The notes below the pieces were generated by a model. It saw only the letters and a list, made by a program, of their open reading frames with translations, made no database searches and was not told where the DNA came from. Positions 29,901-43,493 of a stretch of DNA of 64,000 nucleotides are shown one piece after another. Both the position numbers and the translations under genes were made by a program. The stretch is from NCBI GenBank assembly GCA_002633005.1, contig NMRA01000008.1, positions 750,985-814,984 of the forward strand, in the 5' to 3' direction. The stretch is from Phoronis australis. Taxonomy: Eukaryota; Animalia; Phoronida. How positions within the stretch are numbered: the first letter of the stretch is position 1; each line of letters starts with the position of its first letter.

Positions 29901-32900
29901 AAGATCTGGGGCCCGTTGTGAGAATTTGACTTAGGTTCTATGTTGACTTAAGCCTAAGATTTGTCTCAGCTTCCAAACTTTGAAGGCTTCCATACCCGGT
30001 AACTAAGTCGAACTTAAGACAAAACTTAAGCCAAACATAATAGCCTTCCTTGGAACGGATTTAAGACTAATTGGAAGTTTCATTTTAAAACTGACTTAAA
30101 TTTACTAAGATTTGTCTTAGCCTGGGAGTTTGATATTGGTCCTAGGTCTTAGCTAAGTCAGTTTTCATGGAACGTGCCCCTGGACTAGTTGTTATCAAAT
30201 AATATTTTGAAAAAACAGGGAGCCTTCACAACAATATTAGGAGCTTTTGAGAATTGAAAAGGGACAATTATGACAATCATTTTTGTCTGAAATCAATGAG
30301 ACTTTAGAATTTTTAAATGCTCATAGCATCCTCTACCTGCTCCACAAGATCAGTTCAATGTTGCAGACATGCAGCAGATTTCGATCCATGAAATAACCTA
30401 CAGAGTTTTCATAAATAGATGAAGCAATTATCACAAGAAGTCAACTTGAATCTTTTATAAACACCCCGTATAACTGGTGGTTGGAGAGATATATCAATTA
30501 CATGCAGGGTCCATCTTTTAACATCCCGTATAGCTGGTGGCTGTAGAGAAAAATCAATTGACCTATCGCAAGCACCGCCCCCTTGCGAAATGTCGACAAA
30601 CAAACGATAAGCTTTACCTGGCAACATGTTGTTTGTCGGGTAAAATGGCGACTTGGAAACGAAGGTGTGTCAAGAATGCTGCGAACTGATTGGTCACTTA
30701 AGCCATCACTCAAAGTCCTGGCGATAGGTCAATTACATGCCACATCCATGTTGTTGAATGTCTTGTAAATTTAATTTAGTTTCCAACAGCAAAGTTATAA
30801 CAAATTACAATTCAGGTCCATCGTTTAGATAAACCCTGAAGATTCAACACAATTTGCGACACCAGAGAATGACAAATCACAATTCAAATGCCTCTTTTGC
30901 AAAAAAGTGGTAGTAATGTTTTAATATATTCCACAATTAATTAAAAAATAAATATGTGCTATCATTACTGTAACTAAAAGTTGATCATTTTCTCTGACCA
31001 AAAGAGCTCATATACATCTGTTTATAAGCTCAGAACTAGTTTAGTTGTTTCATAGCTGCCACAAGAGTAATTCAGACATATGACTAAACAAGGTCCCAAG
31101 TTCTATAGTTAAACAGACACCAGTTCCACCTGGCTGCTGTTGATTCAATCTAATTTGCCATAAGAGATATAGCTATTTTAAGTCTGTCCATTTGAAACAT
31201 TCCACAAGTCCAGGGTACGACAAATTTCAAACTAGAAAGATTATTGTCACGGCGTGACAATAATGGACTCTGCGCGTGCGTATTACTGGAATTATTATGG
31301 GAAGTTACAGACAGCAACCAATATGAAAAGGAATTCTTTAAAATTGTAGGATAAATTACATATTAATTTTTTGATGACCCTTCCACTAATTGACCTCTTC
31401 CGGTGCATTATGAGCCCCGATGAGGAAGTAATTGCTAACTCGATTAAAAGTGTGGTTAATGCTAATAATCACAGATGTTTTACTTTAAGCACTTCAGAAT
31501 ACAAGATGAATGGTCAAACTTTCAGAAGAAAAATGCACCTAATGACCCCATGGGTGCACCAAATGACCTGAAAATTTAGAATTCAAACTCAATCACACTT
31601 TGTAAACAGATACGTAATTCTGAAGTCTCTAGCTCAAATATGGAATATGATTATATAACCAATCAAAATTTATATACTGTCAAAAGTCATATGCTGAATT
31701 TAAAGACCGTACCTGCACCCAATTTGGAGTTATTAAGCCTCAAAGTTGGTCGGAAGAAGAATAAGAAGAATAAAATTGAAGAAACCCAGGAACAACAGTA
31801 CTCTGCGCTTACACGCACAGAGTAATTAGGCCAATCTTTGACACCCGGCAGGTAGAGTTCGCAACACCTAGTGTAAATTCAGCATCGTTCATGATAGCAA
31901 AGTTCAAACCAGTCAGTCATTTTGAAACACCCCGTAGATGCAGCACTTACTTCTCCAGTAGTGTCATCACAGCAGGAGGTATGATGAGTATGGGTGCAGG
32001 CAAGAAGGCCCTCGTTAGAGCCGTCTCTTCCAGTGCCTGACAACAAGAAAAGAAAGTCACCATGAAAAGTTGACTGCGACCGGCATCAGACTGACCAGAT
32101 CAATGCCATCATTACGGTTGATACCGAGCAATGACTACGATTTTTGAAAAAATTGGTGCATTCCACAGCTAAACACAATCAGTTATTTCCTATTCATCAA
32201 ACAACAGTGCATAGATACGTGACATCAAACACTGGTGAGAACTCAAAGTGACTAGCTAGACGGGTAAAACAACATAAATACAATTGATGGAACAGAAACA
32301 TTCGACACACAACTCTTACTACCATAGTGGGAGCCCGAAGGTGACTTCTGGTCCATTCAGAATCATCAATGCTATAATGGTAAAAATTGTAAGGAAACCA
32401 ACAAAAATAATGGTAAATTGTTAGGAAATTGGCCAAAGACATTTTGATGGTTTTATATACGGAAAATGCTCACCATTGTTTGGAGGGCTACAGTATGGTC
32501 AAGTCAATCATCACTGTTTGGAGGGCTACAGCATGGTCAAGTCAATCTTCACTGTTTGGAGGGCTACAGCAGATGGTCAAGTCAATCATCACTGTTTGGA
32601 GGGCTACAGCATGGTCAAGTCAATCATCACAGTTTGGAGGGCTACAGCAGATGGTCAAGTCAGTCATCACTGTTTGGAGGACTACAGCATCGTCAAGTCA
32701 ATCATCACTGTTTGGAGGGCTACAGCAGATGGTCAAGTCAGTCATCACTGTTTGGAGGGCTACAGCATCGTCAAGTCAGTCATCACTGTTTGGAGGACTA
32801 CAGCAGATGGTCAAGTCAATCATCACTCCCATGTGCCAGGAGAATACCATGAAAATTCTCAAGTTTCGTAAAATAAAAAATTGATTATTTTGCTCTACGT

Positions 32901-35900
32901 CAGAGGTTGTATCAAATTTCAGAAATAGGCCAAGGCCAAATTCAAGAATTACAAGAAAAAATTACCTGGGCCCGGAATCTAATCTTTGTACTCGAAACGA
33001 ACTCGAAATTATTTTTGGCAATTTCTCTGCTACTTCTGTGCCCGAATACATCACAGTTTACACATATGAGTTTCTAATCCAACTTTGCTCTTGCTGACCC
33101 TTATATTTGTGCTACAAACTTGTCAAGTAAAAATTTGAANTTTCAGGTCGCAAATGCGACCTGCAGCTCGTTATGTCGAGCCCTGGATTATTTTGCTCTA
33201 CGTCAGAGGTTGTATCAAATTTCAGAAATAGGCCAAGGCCAAATTCAAGAATTACAAGAAAAAATTACCTGGGCCCGGAATCTAATCTTTGTACTCGAAA
33301 CGAACTCGAAATTATTTTTGGCAATTTCTCTGCTACTTCTGTGCCCGAATACATCACAGTTTACACATATGAGTTTCTAATCCAACTTTGCTCTTGCTGA
33401 CCCTTATATTTGTGCTACAAACTTGTCAAGTAAAAATTTGAAATTTCAAGTTCAAACTGGACTTTTTAGCCTTAATGTTGGGTTTATCAACAGTACTGCA
33501 AACTAGGACTAAAAAACTATCCATGTAAATCATTAAGTACTCAAGCTTAGAATAACAGACGCTTATCTTGAGTTTTTAGTTAGAGCCCAGGCCCTGGTCA
33601 TGATTTTGAATTCCATTGTCGGTGGCTATTCTGAACAATTACACGAATTACTGGGTCTGTTTTCCGACTCAGTTGACACAAGACAGTGTCCCATATTTGA
33701 GAAAAATCACCTCTGGCAGTCATCAGAATCAAGAAAACTCAATGTCAGTGTCCCAAATTTTAGAGACAGCCTAATCTGGAGAATTCTTACGGTACCGTAA
33801 ATGTGAGACTAGTATAATTGAATGATAACATACCTTCCTCGCAGCAATTTTGGAAGTGCCGACAACATTTCCGTCCTGATCCTCCACGTCTATGCCCTCC
33901 GACAGCTCGTTATTCCTCATCAACACGACATTACACACGCTGGCGCAAGCTGAAAGGCCAAAGGTCATGGAGACACAATATTACTAGTACTTAGGATACC
34001 TTTCATGACGTTTCTAGACTTGAAGACTACCTTCGAAAAAAATTTAGCATCGAGAAGCAAGAATATACATTTTGTAGTAATATTCTTAGTGAGCTTAGCA
34101 TTTTCAATATAAGATTTCGTCCACTTGGGTCTCTAAAACACAAAAACTTATCTTCAAGGAAGACAAAAATAACAGGATAAAAACTAGGTTCGAACTTCAA
34201 AGTTTTCAGCTCATCAACAAAAATTGAAGAACTATCAGGTTCATCAAGAGAACTGAAATAAAATTGTGAGAGATTGCGAAAGAATACAGTTTAAGTTTTA
34301 TATCTCAAACATGACTTAGTGACCTTCATTCCAACTCACATATCAAAAAACAGACAACGTGAACTAGTAAAGGTACATTATTTTCTGAAAGAAAAAAGAT
34401 CAGAGATTACAAAAATATGTTTTATATTTATGTGCCATTATCATTATTGCATTAACACCTTTTTAAGTCAAAATTTTCATTTTTAAGAAAGGTACAGTCA
34501 CAGCAAAATAACACCTCGGTCGATTTTAATGAAACCATTTTTTCAAAACTGACGCCCAGATATAATGCTTTCTAGTGCTTTCTGGACTCATCTCTTGTTA
34601 TTCTATATTGCGTTTTTTGTAATAAAATCCTAAACAAGAGCAACGCAGAGCGTTGAAATGCGCCCACAATTGCACCGTATATGGTATCCTTCTAGGGTTG
34701 TTTATTGGTACCATAAAGTAGCCAGTTGTACTTTGCAAAATGGAAAGGCATGGTCATTGTCTCCTCAATAGGCTAGGGGCAAAATGTGAGTGATCTTCAT
34801 AATACAAGCACATCCTATACATCAGTTGCTTAAAGNNNNNNNNNNNNNNNNNNNNNNNNNNNNNNNNNNNNNNNNNNNNNNNNNNNNNNNNNNNNNNNNN
34901 NNNNNNNNNNNNNNNNNNNNNNNNNNNNNNNNNNNNNNNNNNNNNNNNNNNNNNNNNNNNNNNNNNNNNNNNNNNNNNNNNNNNNNNNNNNNNNNNNNNN
35001 NNNNNNNNNNNNNNNNNNNNNNNNNNNNNNNNNNNNNNNNNNNNNNNNNNNNNNNNNNNNNNNNNNNNNNNNNNNNNNNNNNNNNNNNNNNNNNNNNNNN
35101 NNNNNNNNNNNNNNNNNNNNNNNNNNNNNNNNNNNNNNNNNNNNNNNNNNNNNNNNNNNNNNNNNNNNNNNNNNNNNNNNNNNNNNNNNNNNNNNNNNNN
35201 NNNNNNNNNNNNNNNNNNNNNNNNNNNNNNNNNNNNNNNNNNNNNNNNNNNNNNNNNNNNNNNNNNNNNNNNNNNNNNNNNNNNNNNNNNNNNNNNNNNN
35301 NNNNNNNNNNNNNNNNNNNNNNNNNNNNNNNNNNNNNNNNNNNNNNNNNNNNNNNNNNNNNNNNNNNNNNNNNNNNNNNNNNNNNNNNNNNNNNNNNNNN
35401 NNNNNNNNNNCTCTTTATAGTAAGCACATACATGCCAATTTTCACAATCATCCTTTGAGCGCTTTGGTTGATAGAGGGGTGGACGCAAAAATACAGACTC
35501 GAAAACAGTAAAAATGGCCACTAGGTGGCGCAAACTATGTCGAATCCATCTGAAAACGGGAGGACAGCGTCATCTCACTAATAGGTGCCTACATACCAAA
35601 TTTCATAAAAATCCGTTCAGGACTTTTCAAGATACAAAGGTAAGCGTAAAAAACTAAAATTGCCACTAGGGGGCACACCAGTAGTCGGATTCGTCTGAAA
35701 GTTCGCACATGCCGTCCCATTCATGAATGGAACATATGTGCCAAATTTCATGAACGTATGTCAAAGGGTTTTGGAGATAGAGCAGTGGACGCCGGACGTT
35801 GGACGGACGCCGCCCCTACGGACGGACGGAGATGACGGTATAATGAGTCCACATATAAATATGTGGGCGCATAAAAATGAAAACTTAACAGTTTGAGTGA

Positions 35901-38900
35901 CAGCTCTGTAACCTTTGACGTTGGGTAGAATGTAAACAAATTTCCACCCAGTGAAGGTAGTTCTGCCAAATCTTTTTTTCTCGCTACGCGGCATACATTT
36001 CATATTTGAAGTTTCCCAAGAATAAAGATAAGGTATTTTGCTAGACATACGAGAAATATTGTAAAAACGGTCAATATTTTTGTGAATTGGGTTTGAAATG
36101 TACTTAAATTCACAAATTCTTACCAACAGCAGGAAATGGAACAAATCTTTGAATGACAGATTTCATGCCAGGGCTGAATCCATTAGCTTTTCTTATGAGG
36201 ATGTTCAATCCGAGCTGTAAGGAAACATCAGAAATTTGTACTAAAACGTGAAACACAGGATACAAAAACAATCAGCAGCCAAAGCCTTAACACTCTTCAA
36301 GATTTCCCTGTTTAGGAATTATAAGAAAGGAGTAAAATGTTATTTTGAAATGAACACACAGACTTACCGCAATACCAACAGCAGTGCTCACGGCGCCCGT
36401 GTAGCCAGCTACAAATCTAGTGATCGGGGTCGGCTGTAACAGGGAGCAATACATGAACATGACAGAACATTTTTCAAAAGTCACCTCGCAGCAAGAACTG
36501 ACTTCGTTATTTACACAAAATTAAAATATCACACAATCATGCACGTTTTAAGATCACAAATTTTGTGAAAAGTCATATTCTGCTTTGAGCTTAAATTTCT
36601 AAAAAACCTCTTAACAGCAGGCAACTCTATATTTGAACTATATTTTTTGTCGGTCTATACACAGGGATATGCGCTTCAGACTTTTTATTTATCGCTCAAA
36701 TCTCTTTCAGGAACAATGTCCCAAGTCTCCACTTTTGATGATGAATAGAACCCTTGTTAGGTCAAAGGTCACACACATATAACAGGAGTAGAAGCATTGT
36801 GAGAATCATACAGAAAAAAATCACTGACCAAAATTATCAAAACCATTGGAAATTAGAACTGAAAACAGTCAATGGATTTTAGTCAACCTTAAAGTTGGTT
36901 GAGGTTTTTCAAACAATTCACACGTTTTGCACACATAAATAAAACACCGAATTTGGTAGCAATGAAAAATATCATACTATGTGCGATAAAGAACATCTTT
37001 TTATTGTACAAGACACAGTTGTATTAAAAAATCCACAGAAGGTAAAAAATTACAAATGAGCTGTCAAAACATTAGGAACATTACAGACATTACAGATTGA
37101 TAGAAAACTATGGTGGGTTAAGGTTATGTAAGATCTTATCAACAAGTCTGTGTACTTATAAAAACATCTACAAAACTAGACTTTTACTCAGTGAAAGTAC
37201 GTACTTTCTTTAAGCAGAAAGTCTATGGAATTCCATTTTGATCAATCTGTCATTGATTGTGTCATGTGACCATGTCTTTTTAGTAAAATTTAGCAAAAAG
37301 CAAGATGCATTGTAAAACAATGGTATAAATAACATGGACACATTTCATTTGATGTAAAATAAAACATTCAAGATAAAATCTCAAAAAACCTATTCTACAT
37401 TGTCCTTTTGTTTTCGTTTTATGCGACTTTCGCATTTTTTCATGAAAATCTTAAGCCCTATTTTTCGATGCCTCCTTGTAAAAAGTCCTCGTTTTCGATA
37501 GCCCCTCATACAAACGTGGAACTTTTTAAAAACAATTCCTATGTGAGTTTCAGAGAACAGTGCACAAAGCATTGCCTCTGAAAGTTTCATTACGAATATG
37601 AACAGTTATTTCTCAGATATCTGAACACTTTCCTACACAACCTTTACAATACGTCACAAACGCCATCTGTTGGAGTGGGCATGTCTTACACATTTCACAT
37701 AACTTGGTTGTACCACTAACTCCATCTATTGGTCAAGCGGGTATGTCTTACACATTTCACATACCTTGGTTGCATTCCGGTTAGCATAGTTAACACAAGC
37801 ATTATGACTCTGGTTGATCCATTGCCAGAAAACTGTCTGTGGCAGAGTGAGGTTGGGTAGCAGCATGCCCACAACAATTGGGGTACCAAACGGGACAAAC
37901 CCTGCAATGACATGACCAGTAATGTGGGATCAAGGTACAGCTCATATTTCGTGTTTTAGTAATAAAAAATTAACTCTTTCACACAAACTTGATTGAAAAC
38001 ACGACTGTACTGTCTTTCTGTTGGACAGTTAGTGTACAATTTCTGATCTTACGATGTGCAGTTGTAAAGCCGGACACTACAAACACTGCAGGAATAAGCT
38101 AAATTTAGTGACTAGTTCGAGAGTACATGTCCAATCCTCAGACACTTTGTAAAATGAACTGGTGGAAGTGAAATGAACATTGAAATAAACAGTGACATCA
38201 GACAGAAGAGCAGTCAAGCACAGAGTGTGAATGTAGCACAAAGCAGGAAGCCCACAAGCCTGACAGAACACAGCCAGCATGTGGTAACCACCTGTGAGCT
38301 GCTCATTCAGTACATTTTTTTTCATGACTGATTAACAGAGAATCCAAAATTTTTAACCGAAATGTGTCGTTTTCTACACAGCAAATAGTGGTATTGTCTA
38401 ACATTTCTTTTCCAGTTATTTTCCGGTCATGTTACCGTGTTGGGTGCAAAAAATTGAGTCTTTAATGTACCCAGTCTATAAATGCATGCAGGATACCGTG
38501 TGTTCAATGTAATGCTGTGAATGAGGATGAACACATTCATCCACACAACATGTGAATTTATAAACAATGTTACATTAAGCCACTGGTCCCAATCTTTCTC
38601 AACTGGTCAGGTGCTTTTACTAAAATGTAAAAGCCAGTACAAGTTAGACTACGGAACAACATCTGTTTGTAGCAACTTCAATCATAATAGTACATGGTGT
38701 ATGTTTTAACACTTTAATAAATCTACCAACAAATGTGCCAGGTGTAAATTATTTTCGTTATGTCATTTCATGCAATAAAATAAAGATTCGTATCTGTGGA
38801 AACTTGAGGTATCTGTTAACAATACTTCACCGAACAGCACAAATTATAATTTCGTGTCAAATTCGGCTCTGCAAAAATACTATTGTTTGTGAACAAGTCT

Positions 38901-41900
38901 AATTCTACAAACTACAGATTGTGCAAAGCAATAACTGTACCGGACATCCTGAAGGGCATGAAGATTTTCTCCCCTGTATCTGGGTGAATGATGGCCTGCT
39001 TGACCTTCTGAGCTTCCCATAGTTCTTTGTTGGTCACACCAGAGGGCAGTGCATTGTTGTTGAAGGCCTCTAACAGTTCCAAGCAGTTTTTCAATTTGGA
39101 CTAGGAAGAAGAAATAAGGATGTTGTTCACTTGACAACATTAAACCTCACTCATTTTTTGTTATTCTGAATGATTTAAATTATTCAGATAGTACCAGCAA
39201 TGCTTTAACAATACAAGACATTTACAACTATTATTAAAATCTCTTGGTCTATTTACACCGACCTCTTGTCTATTTACACAGTCACGACATTTCGGTCGGT
39301 CTATTCTCTGGCCATCGTCAGGTTTTCCCGCGTTCTTAGAAGAACGAGCACGGATATGTGGTACACTCATGGTGCGATTTTTTGTCCGTGCTCGTTCTTC
39401 TAAGAACGCTGGACCATCTGACGTTGGCTGGAGAATAAACCGACCGAAATGTCATGACAGTGTAAATAGACCAGAGGTCGGTGTAAATAGACCACGAGAT
39501 TTTAATAAAAGTTGTAACATGTCACCACCTCAGAGCAGTTTTTAGAAAGTCAATACAAGATATTTGGCTTAATACAGACTTGACGGCAAGTTCCTACATA
39601 ACTAGAGTGATACTAAACAGGACATATTCTGAGCACTTCTGTTTAAAGCATTTTCTAAAATATTTTTTAAAAAAATCATGAATCACATTACAAACATTCT
39701 TAGCAGCACTTTGGCTAACTGTGAACATGAAATCAGAAGCTTCATGTAATGAATCCGACCAGTCATTTCTGAAACTTCTGCCTCGGAATTAGTTAAATTC
39801 CAACCTTTGCCAGGGTTGAAGTACATGGTAACCACTTCTGTTTACATACTAGTACTATAGTAAATTAAATACAGAATTCCAGAATGTCCAAAAAGGCTAA
39901 CTTTGGAAACATTTCTCAGAAATGCGTGATCACATTAATGTGAAGAAAATACATACGCTTAATGCCCTGCTCTCCAAAACGTTGCTAGACATTATTCTTA
40001 AAATGTTTCACTTTTGCATGAGGAGCTATCAAAAAGAGGACTTCTACGATCTTCTAGAGAAAGCTCATAAGTTGTAATGGAAATGTAATAATTTAGAAAA
40101 CTGTAACAGCATTTTTGATAATTCATCTTGAACACTTATATTTATCGAAACTTGATCATGTCATTGATACCATTGTTATGCTATAAATGTAATTTTGTTT
40201 TTGCAAAAATTTGCTAAAAAACACAGCCACCTGACCCACCTAAAATGTCAGATTGGTAAAACGTCAAGAATCGAATTCTACAGATTTTCTAGCTCCAGAA
40301 AATACACTTACATACCTAGTTAAATCTAGTTCTGTAGATATTTGACTAAACACACAGACTTAGGAATAATGTCCCACATAACTTGACCTTGACAGGTTTG
40401 ACCTTGACAGGTTCACAGTACACTCATTCACTCCAGCATTGTCCAGGCCTGAACACCACTGTATATGCCAGACAATAGATGTTTACTCTACTGTTAAGCC
40501 AGGCATATTCTTGTGTAATAAATTGCAGAGGAATGTCTCTTTAGGGCAGACCTCAGTTATGAAGGCAAACATTCATACAGGGTGTTCCAAAAACAGGAAA
40601 CCTAAAGTAAATGGCTTCTTTTTAAAAATTGGTGTAATAAAACTGTTTTGTCCATGGACGTTTTCGATTTTACAAAAATTTCATTTTAAAATAAGACGGT
40701 GATAAATGAACATCCAACTCTATTGCAATAACATCCTGACAAGTAAAATTAATTGATATTTTGTGAACCAAAACTGGTGATTTTTCAAACTGTTTGGCTT
40801 TTGAAATCAAATTCCTTATAAAATTTAATATATAATCAGTTCTACCCAAAGCAATACTGACAACAGTAAAAATTCAGCAAAATAGACGTATCATAGGTTT
40901 AATTCTCTGATACCCTAACTGTTTGAGCCATGGTGGATAACTGGTTTTCCCGTCCTGAGGATACAAGAACACCAGAAACTTTAACAATGGACTATCCTAG
41001 ACTGATTTCTAGATTTAGGAACCTCTGTGGTCAGGAATTGAAATCAAACAGGAGATTTGAGTAAAGTAAAAGTTTCAACACCCTTGTGCAGTCACACTGA
41101 TGCAGAGACAGAAAACTTGTGTTGAGAAATTCAGTTGTTGATCTCTTGATTTGCACCTGTCACAAAAATGCCTTTGCGCATCATGATCTCAACACCTAAG
41201 AGTCAAGTCTAGGCTGAGTAGTACCTCACAAGCCTAGGGTAGTACCTGTGAGGTGAAGAGAGTCCTTGGATCAACAACGTCAAGAAAGTGTCGAAGTCGG
41301 CCACCAAAGGTTGTCTGCAAATGAATAGCATGAGTTTAGTAACTTAAAACCAACACAAAAACACATGGTAGAATCTAGGAAGCATGGCACTGGGTCAGGG
41401 CAACTATAGTTAGCAAATGGAAAATGTTCTCATAAGTGCCAGTCACTTTTTTCTGTTGGCTGGATAGACAGAAATAATTTAACCAGGCAGGAACGCAATA
41501 TTATTGGGAGGGGTAGGAATGATTGTCAACTCAGGGACTACTTCAATGGAGCCAAACAAAACAATGCATTGAAACGGGAGGGGGTTGCATTGAACGGGGG
41601 AGCAGGGCGTCCTAGTTGTACTCACCAACTAATGCCCCTGGACAGGTGGGGTCCCAGAACACCTGACTGAATCTGCCTAAGTAAAACAGATGTGCAGAGC
41701 AAAGACCTATACGCCAACTTCTAGTGAACCAAAACCAGAGAGTCTAGCCTTAGTCAACTGCTAAAATTTGAAACAATAAAATTTTGTGTCACAATACGGA
41801 CGACGAAGACACCTGACCTACAGGCTGAGGGCTGGCTAGACTCACACTCGTCACTCCCGTCAGTCACAGAGTCATAATCAGACCCTGATGGTCGACTGAA

Positions 41901-42004
41901 AAGAAATGTGAAGTGCCCCAGCGGACTGACTATGGGATGGCTACCTGGTCAAATCGTGACTTGTTGGGTTGAAAAGGTGGGTACATGGTGTTAGTGACAG
42001 ACAT
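26937..42004 (-). CDS. SFXN5: Sideroflexin-5 (mitochondrial inner membrane carrier), 326 aa
   Basis: Ten GT-AG exons on the minus strand: 42004-41945, 41314-41246, 39100-38941, 37901-37765, 36433-36368, 36214-36124, 33949-33834, 32036-31951, 29222-29105, 27014-26937. Motifs include [63 protein letters not shown] and C-terminal [14 protein letters not shown] and ANRNATKP are SFXN5-type. Confidence 0.95.
28868..29080 (+). mobile_element. tRNA-derived SINE, related to 11448-11679
   Basis: A box TGGCTCAGTGG, B box GGTTCGAATCC (28921), shared body ctggc..aca.tcgagcattgca and an A-tail. Confidence 0.75.
29645..29768. repeat. Three ~41-bp tandem units
   Basis: aataattgaccttgatttatcaactatacagggtgcctcaa is repeated three times with variation. 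Confidence 0.8.
29908..30180. mobile_element. MITE with GGGGC(C/A)CGTT termini and CTTAAG/CTAAG-rich interior
   Basis: Ends are ggggcccgtt...aacgtgcccc, with repeated gacttaag motifs inside. Confidence 0.6.
31231..31825 (-). mobile_element. Internally deleted copy of Helitron/Helentron-like family A
   Basis: Near-identical to 9677-10095 joined directly to 10729-10928, so about 630 bp are missing while both termini are intact. Confidence 0.8.
32471..32827. repeat. Minisatellite with alternating 38/40-bp units (about 9 copies)
   Basis: atggtcaagtcaatcatcactgtttggagggctacagc(ag) is repeated in tandem. Confidence 0.95.
34632..35877 (-). mobile_element. Helentron/HINE-like family B element spanning the assembly gap
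   Basis: Reverse-complement termini (aacaagagcaacgcagagcgttgaaatgcgcccac ... cacatataaatatgtgggcgcataaaaa) and a ggac microsatellite near 35800-35830. Confidence 0.7.
34836..35410. other. Assembly gap (N run)
   Basis: 575 consecutive n. Confidence 1.
39217..39550. mobile_element. ~300-bp foldback insertion, possibly Penelope-like retroelement derived
   Basis: Imperfect palindrome at 39217-39523 with arms of ~135 bp. The direct repeat CAATACAAGA occurs at 39209-39218 and 39551-39560, and a CTGACGA...CCGAAA motif lies in the arms. Confidence 0.6.
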
Positions 42005-43493
42005 GTCGCAGAGCTGAAAGTCTCTGCCCGTAGAGCGCGAGTATCACGATCAGTATCCCGGCGTCGGGTCGTTTAACGAGTTGCACGAACTGCAAGCGCA
42101 AGTGAAATGAATCCGTCCTAGGTGACTTCGAAGGACACACCCCAAAGTACACAAACCACACTGGAAGAAAAAAAAATCCGCGACCTGAGCGGTCAAAACT
42201 GAGTCAGCTCATAAGAGAACGTTCAGCTTTTACTGCATGACGAGGCAAATCACAGATCGTCCGCTACCCAGCAGCATCTGTCTGTTGTCGCAAGGACAAG
42301 TGGCATATGTTATTGACACATTGCGACATCTATCGGGTCGTTGTGAAAGGTCATCCGCAGCACGAACTCCTTGGTTCAGACGTGCGCTCAAGAGGCCTTA
42401 GTCTGAGCCCCGAACAATCGTGTTTCTTTTTTATATACAACTTGTTTTCAATACATGCTGTGTGTACATTATTTGAAAATAAATTAAAGTCTCTTTTGCA
42501 CTCAATGGAGATATTCTACTTACTAACTATAAGCCTATTTCTAAAGGGCGGCTCAGCTACAAGGTGCAGCATTGGACGGGAAAGGCGATTTCCATGAAAA
42601 AGTCACCTTTCCTTGGGGATTTGTAATGGAAACACCATCTTTTTGAGAGGCCGATTCCATAGCTTGTATAACATTTTCTTTTGTATTCTTGGACTGATGA
42701 ACAAGAAAAAGAGGGGCCGGGGGCCCACCGGGCCGGCTAGTTCGGTTAAAATGAGCAGACTAAATCATTTGCGCCACAGCATTTTGAAATATAAATAATA
42801 TTTGAAAACATTTCTGTAATTTTGAAAAGCTGGAATCAAAGTAAACCGTTTTTAAGGGAATTGAGACGAAAAAGTTAGTCCTTTCGCATGGAATTTTGTC
42901 GGAAACGGCACCTCCCGCAGGAATGCCCAGTCAGCCCCCGGCGGTGGCAACCGGAGCAGCCCCCGGCCTCTAGGGGAAGGGAGGGGGGGAAGTAGTCACA
43001 CTTGCATCGACTGTCCTAAGATAATGGTCTACAGTAAAAAAATAAAGTCAATAATACTGGAGTCCTATTTGATGCATGTCTGAGTCGGAACTTTGCCGGA
43101 CAAACTGTGATCCGTGACTATGACCGGCAACTAAAAGGAGCACGTTTGGTCGTTTGGTTCAAGATGCATTAAGTCTCACTGAATTGTTGATCCAACAATT
43201 AATGCATTGACCCTTCTTTAACTCATCTACTCAGTGAAGTCCCCTCCTTAAAACTCTACATCATCATCACGGTCAGTCTCCGTCGCCGATACGCGGAATA
43301 ATGTCTAGTTGTATTCTTCATGTACGGATTCGAGGTACCGGTACGTATTTGTCCAAGCTGCCGCGTGGTTGCAAACATTTCATCATCTATAGACGTACCT
43401 TGATGAAAAGGTCGATTTCTTAGAAGCTTCTTGGACTGATAACGCCAGAAGTCGTTTTGCTTTAGATGCAAAATAAATTCAGTGCTGACCTAG

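Noticed and set aside
32429-32884. CRISPR array or repeat protein
   Set aside because: Units are contiguous with no unique spacers, the context is a eukaryotic intron with no cas genes, and the ORFs arise from a stop-free minisatellite.
32882-33441. ~260-bp direct duplication
   Set aside because: Identical copies around a single n at 33140; assembly overlap.
34754-35533. Long ORFs of 209-259 aa
   Set aside because: They are produced by translation through the N gap.
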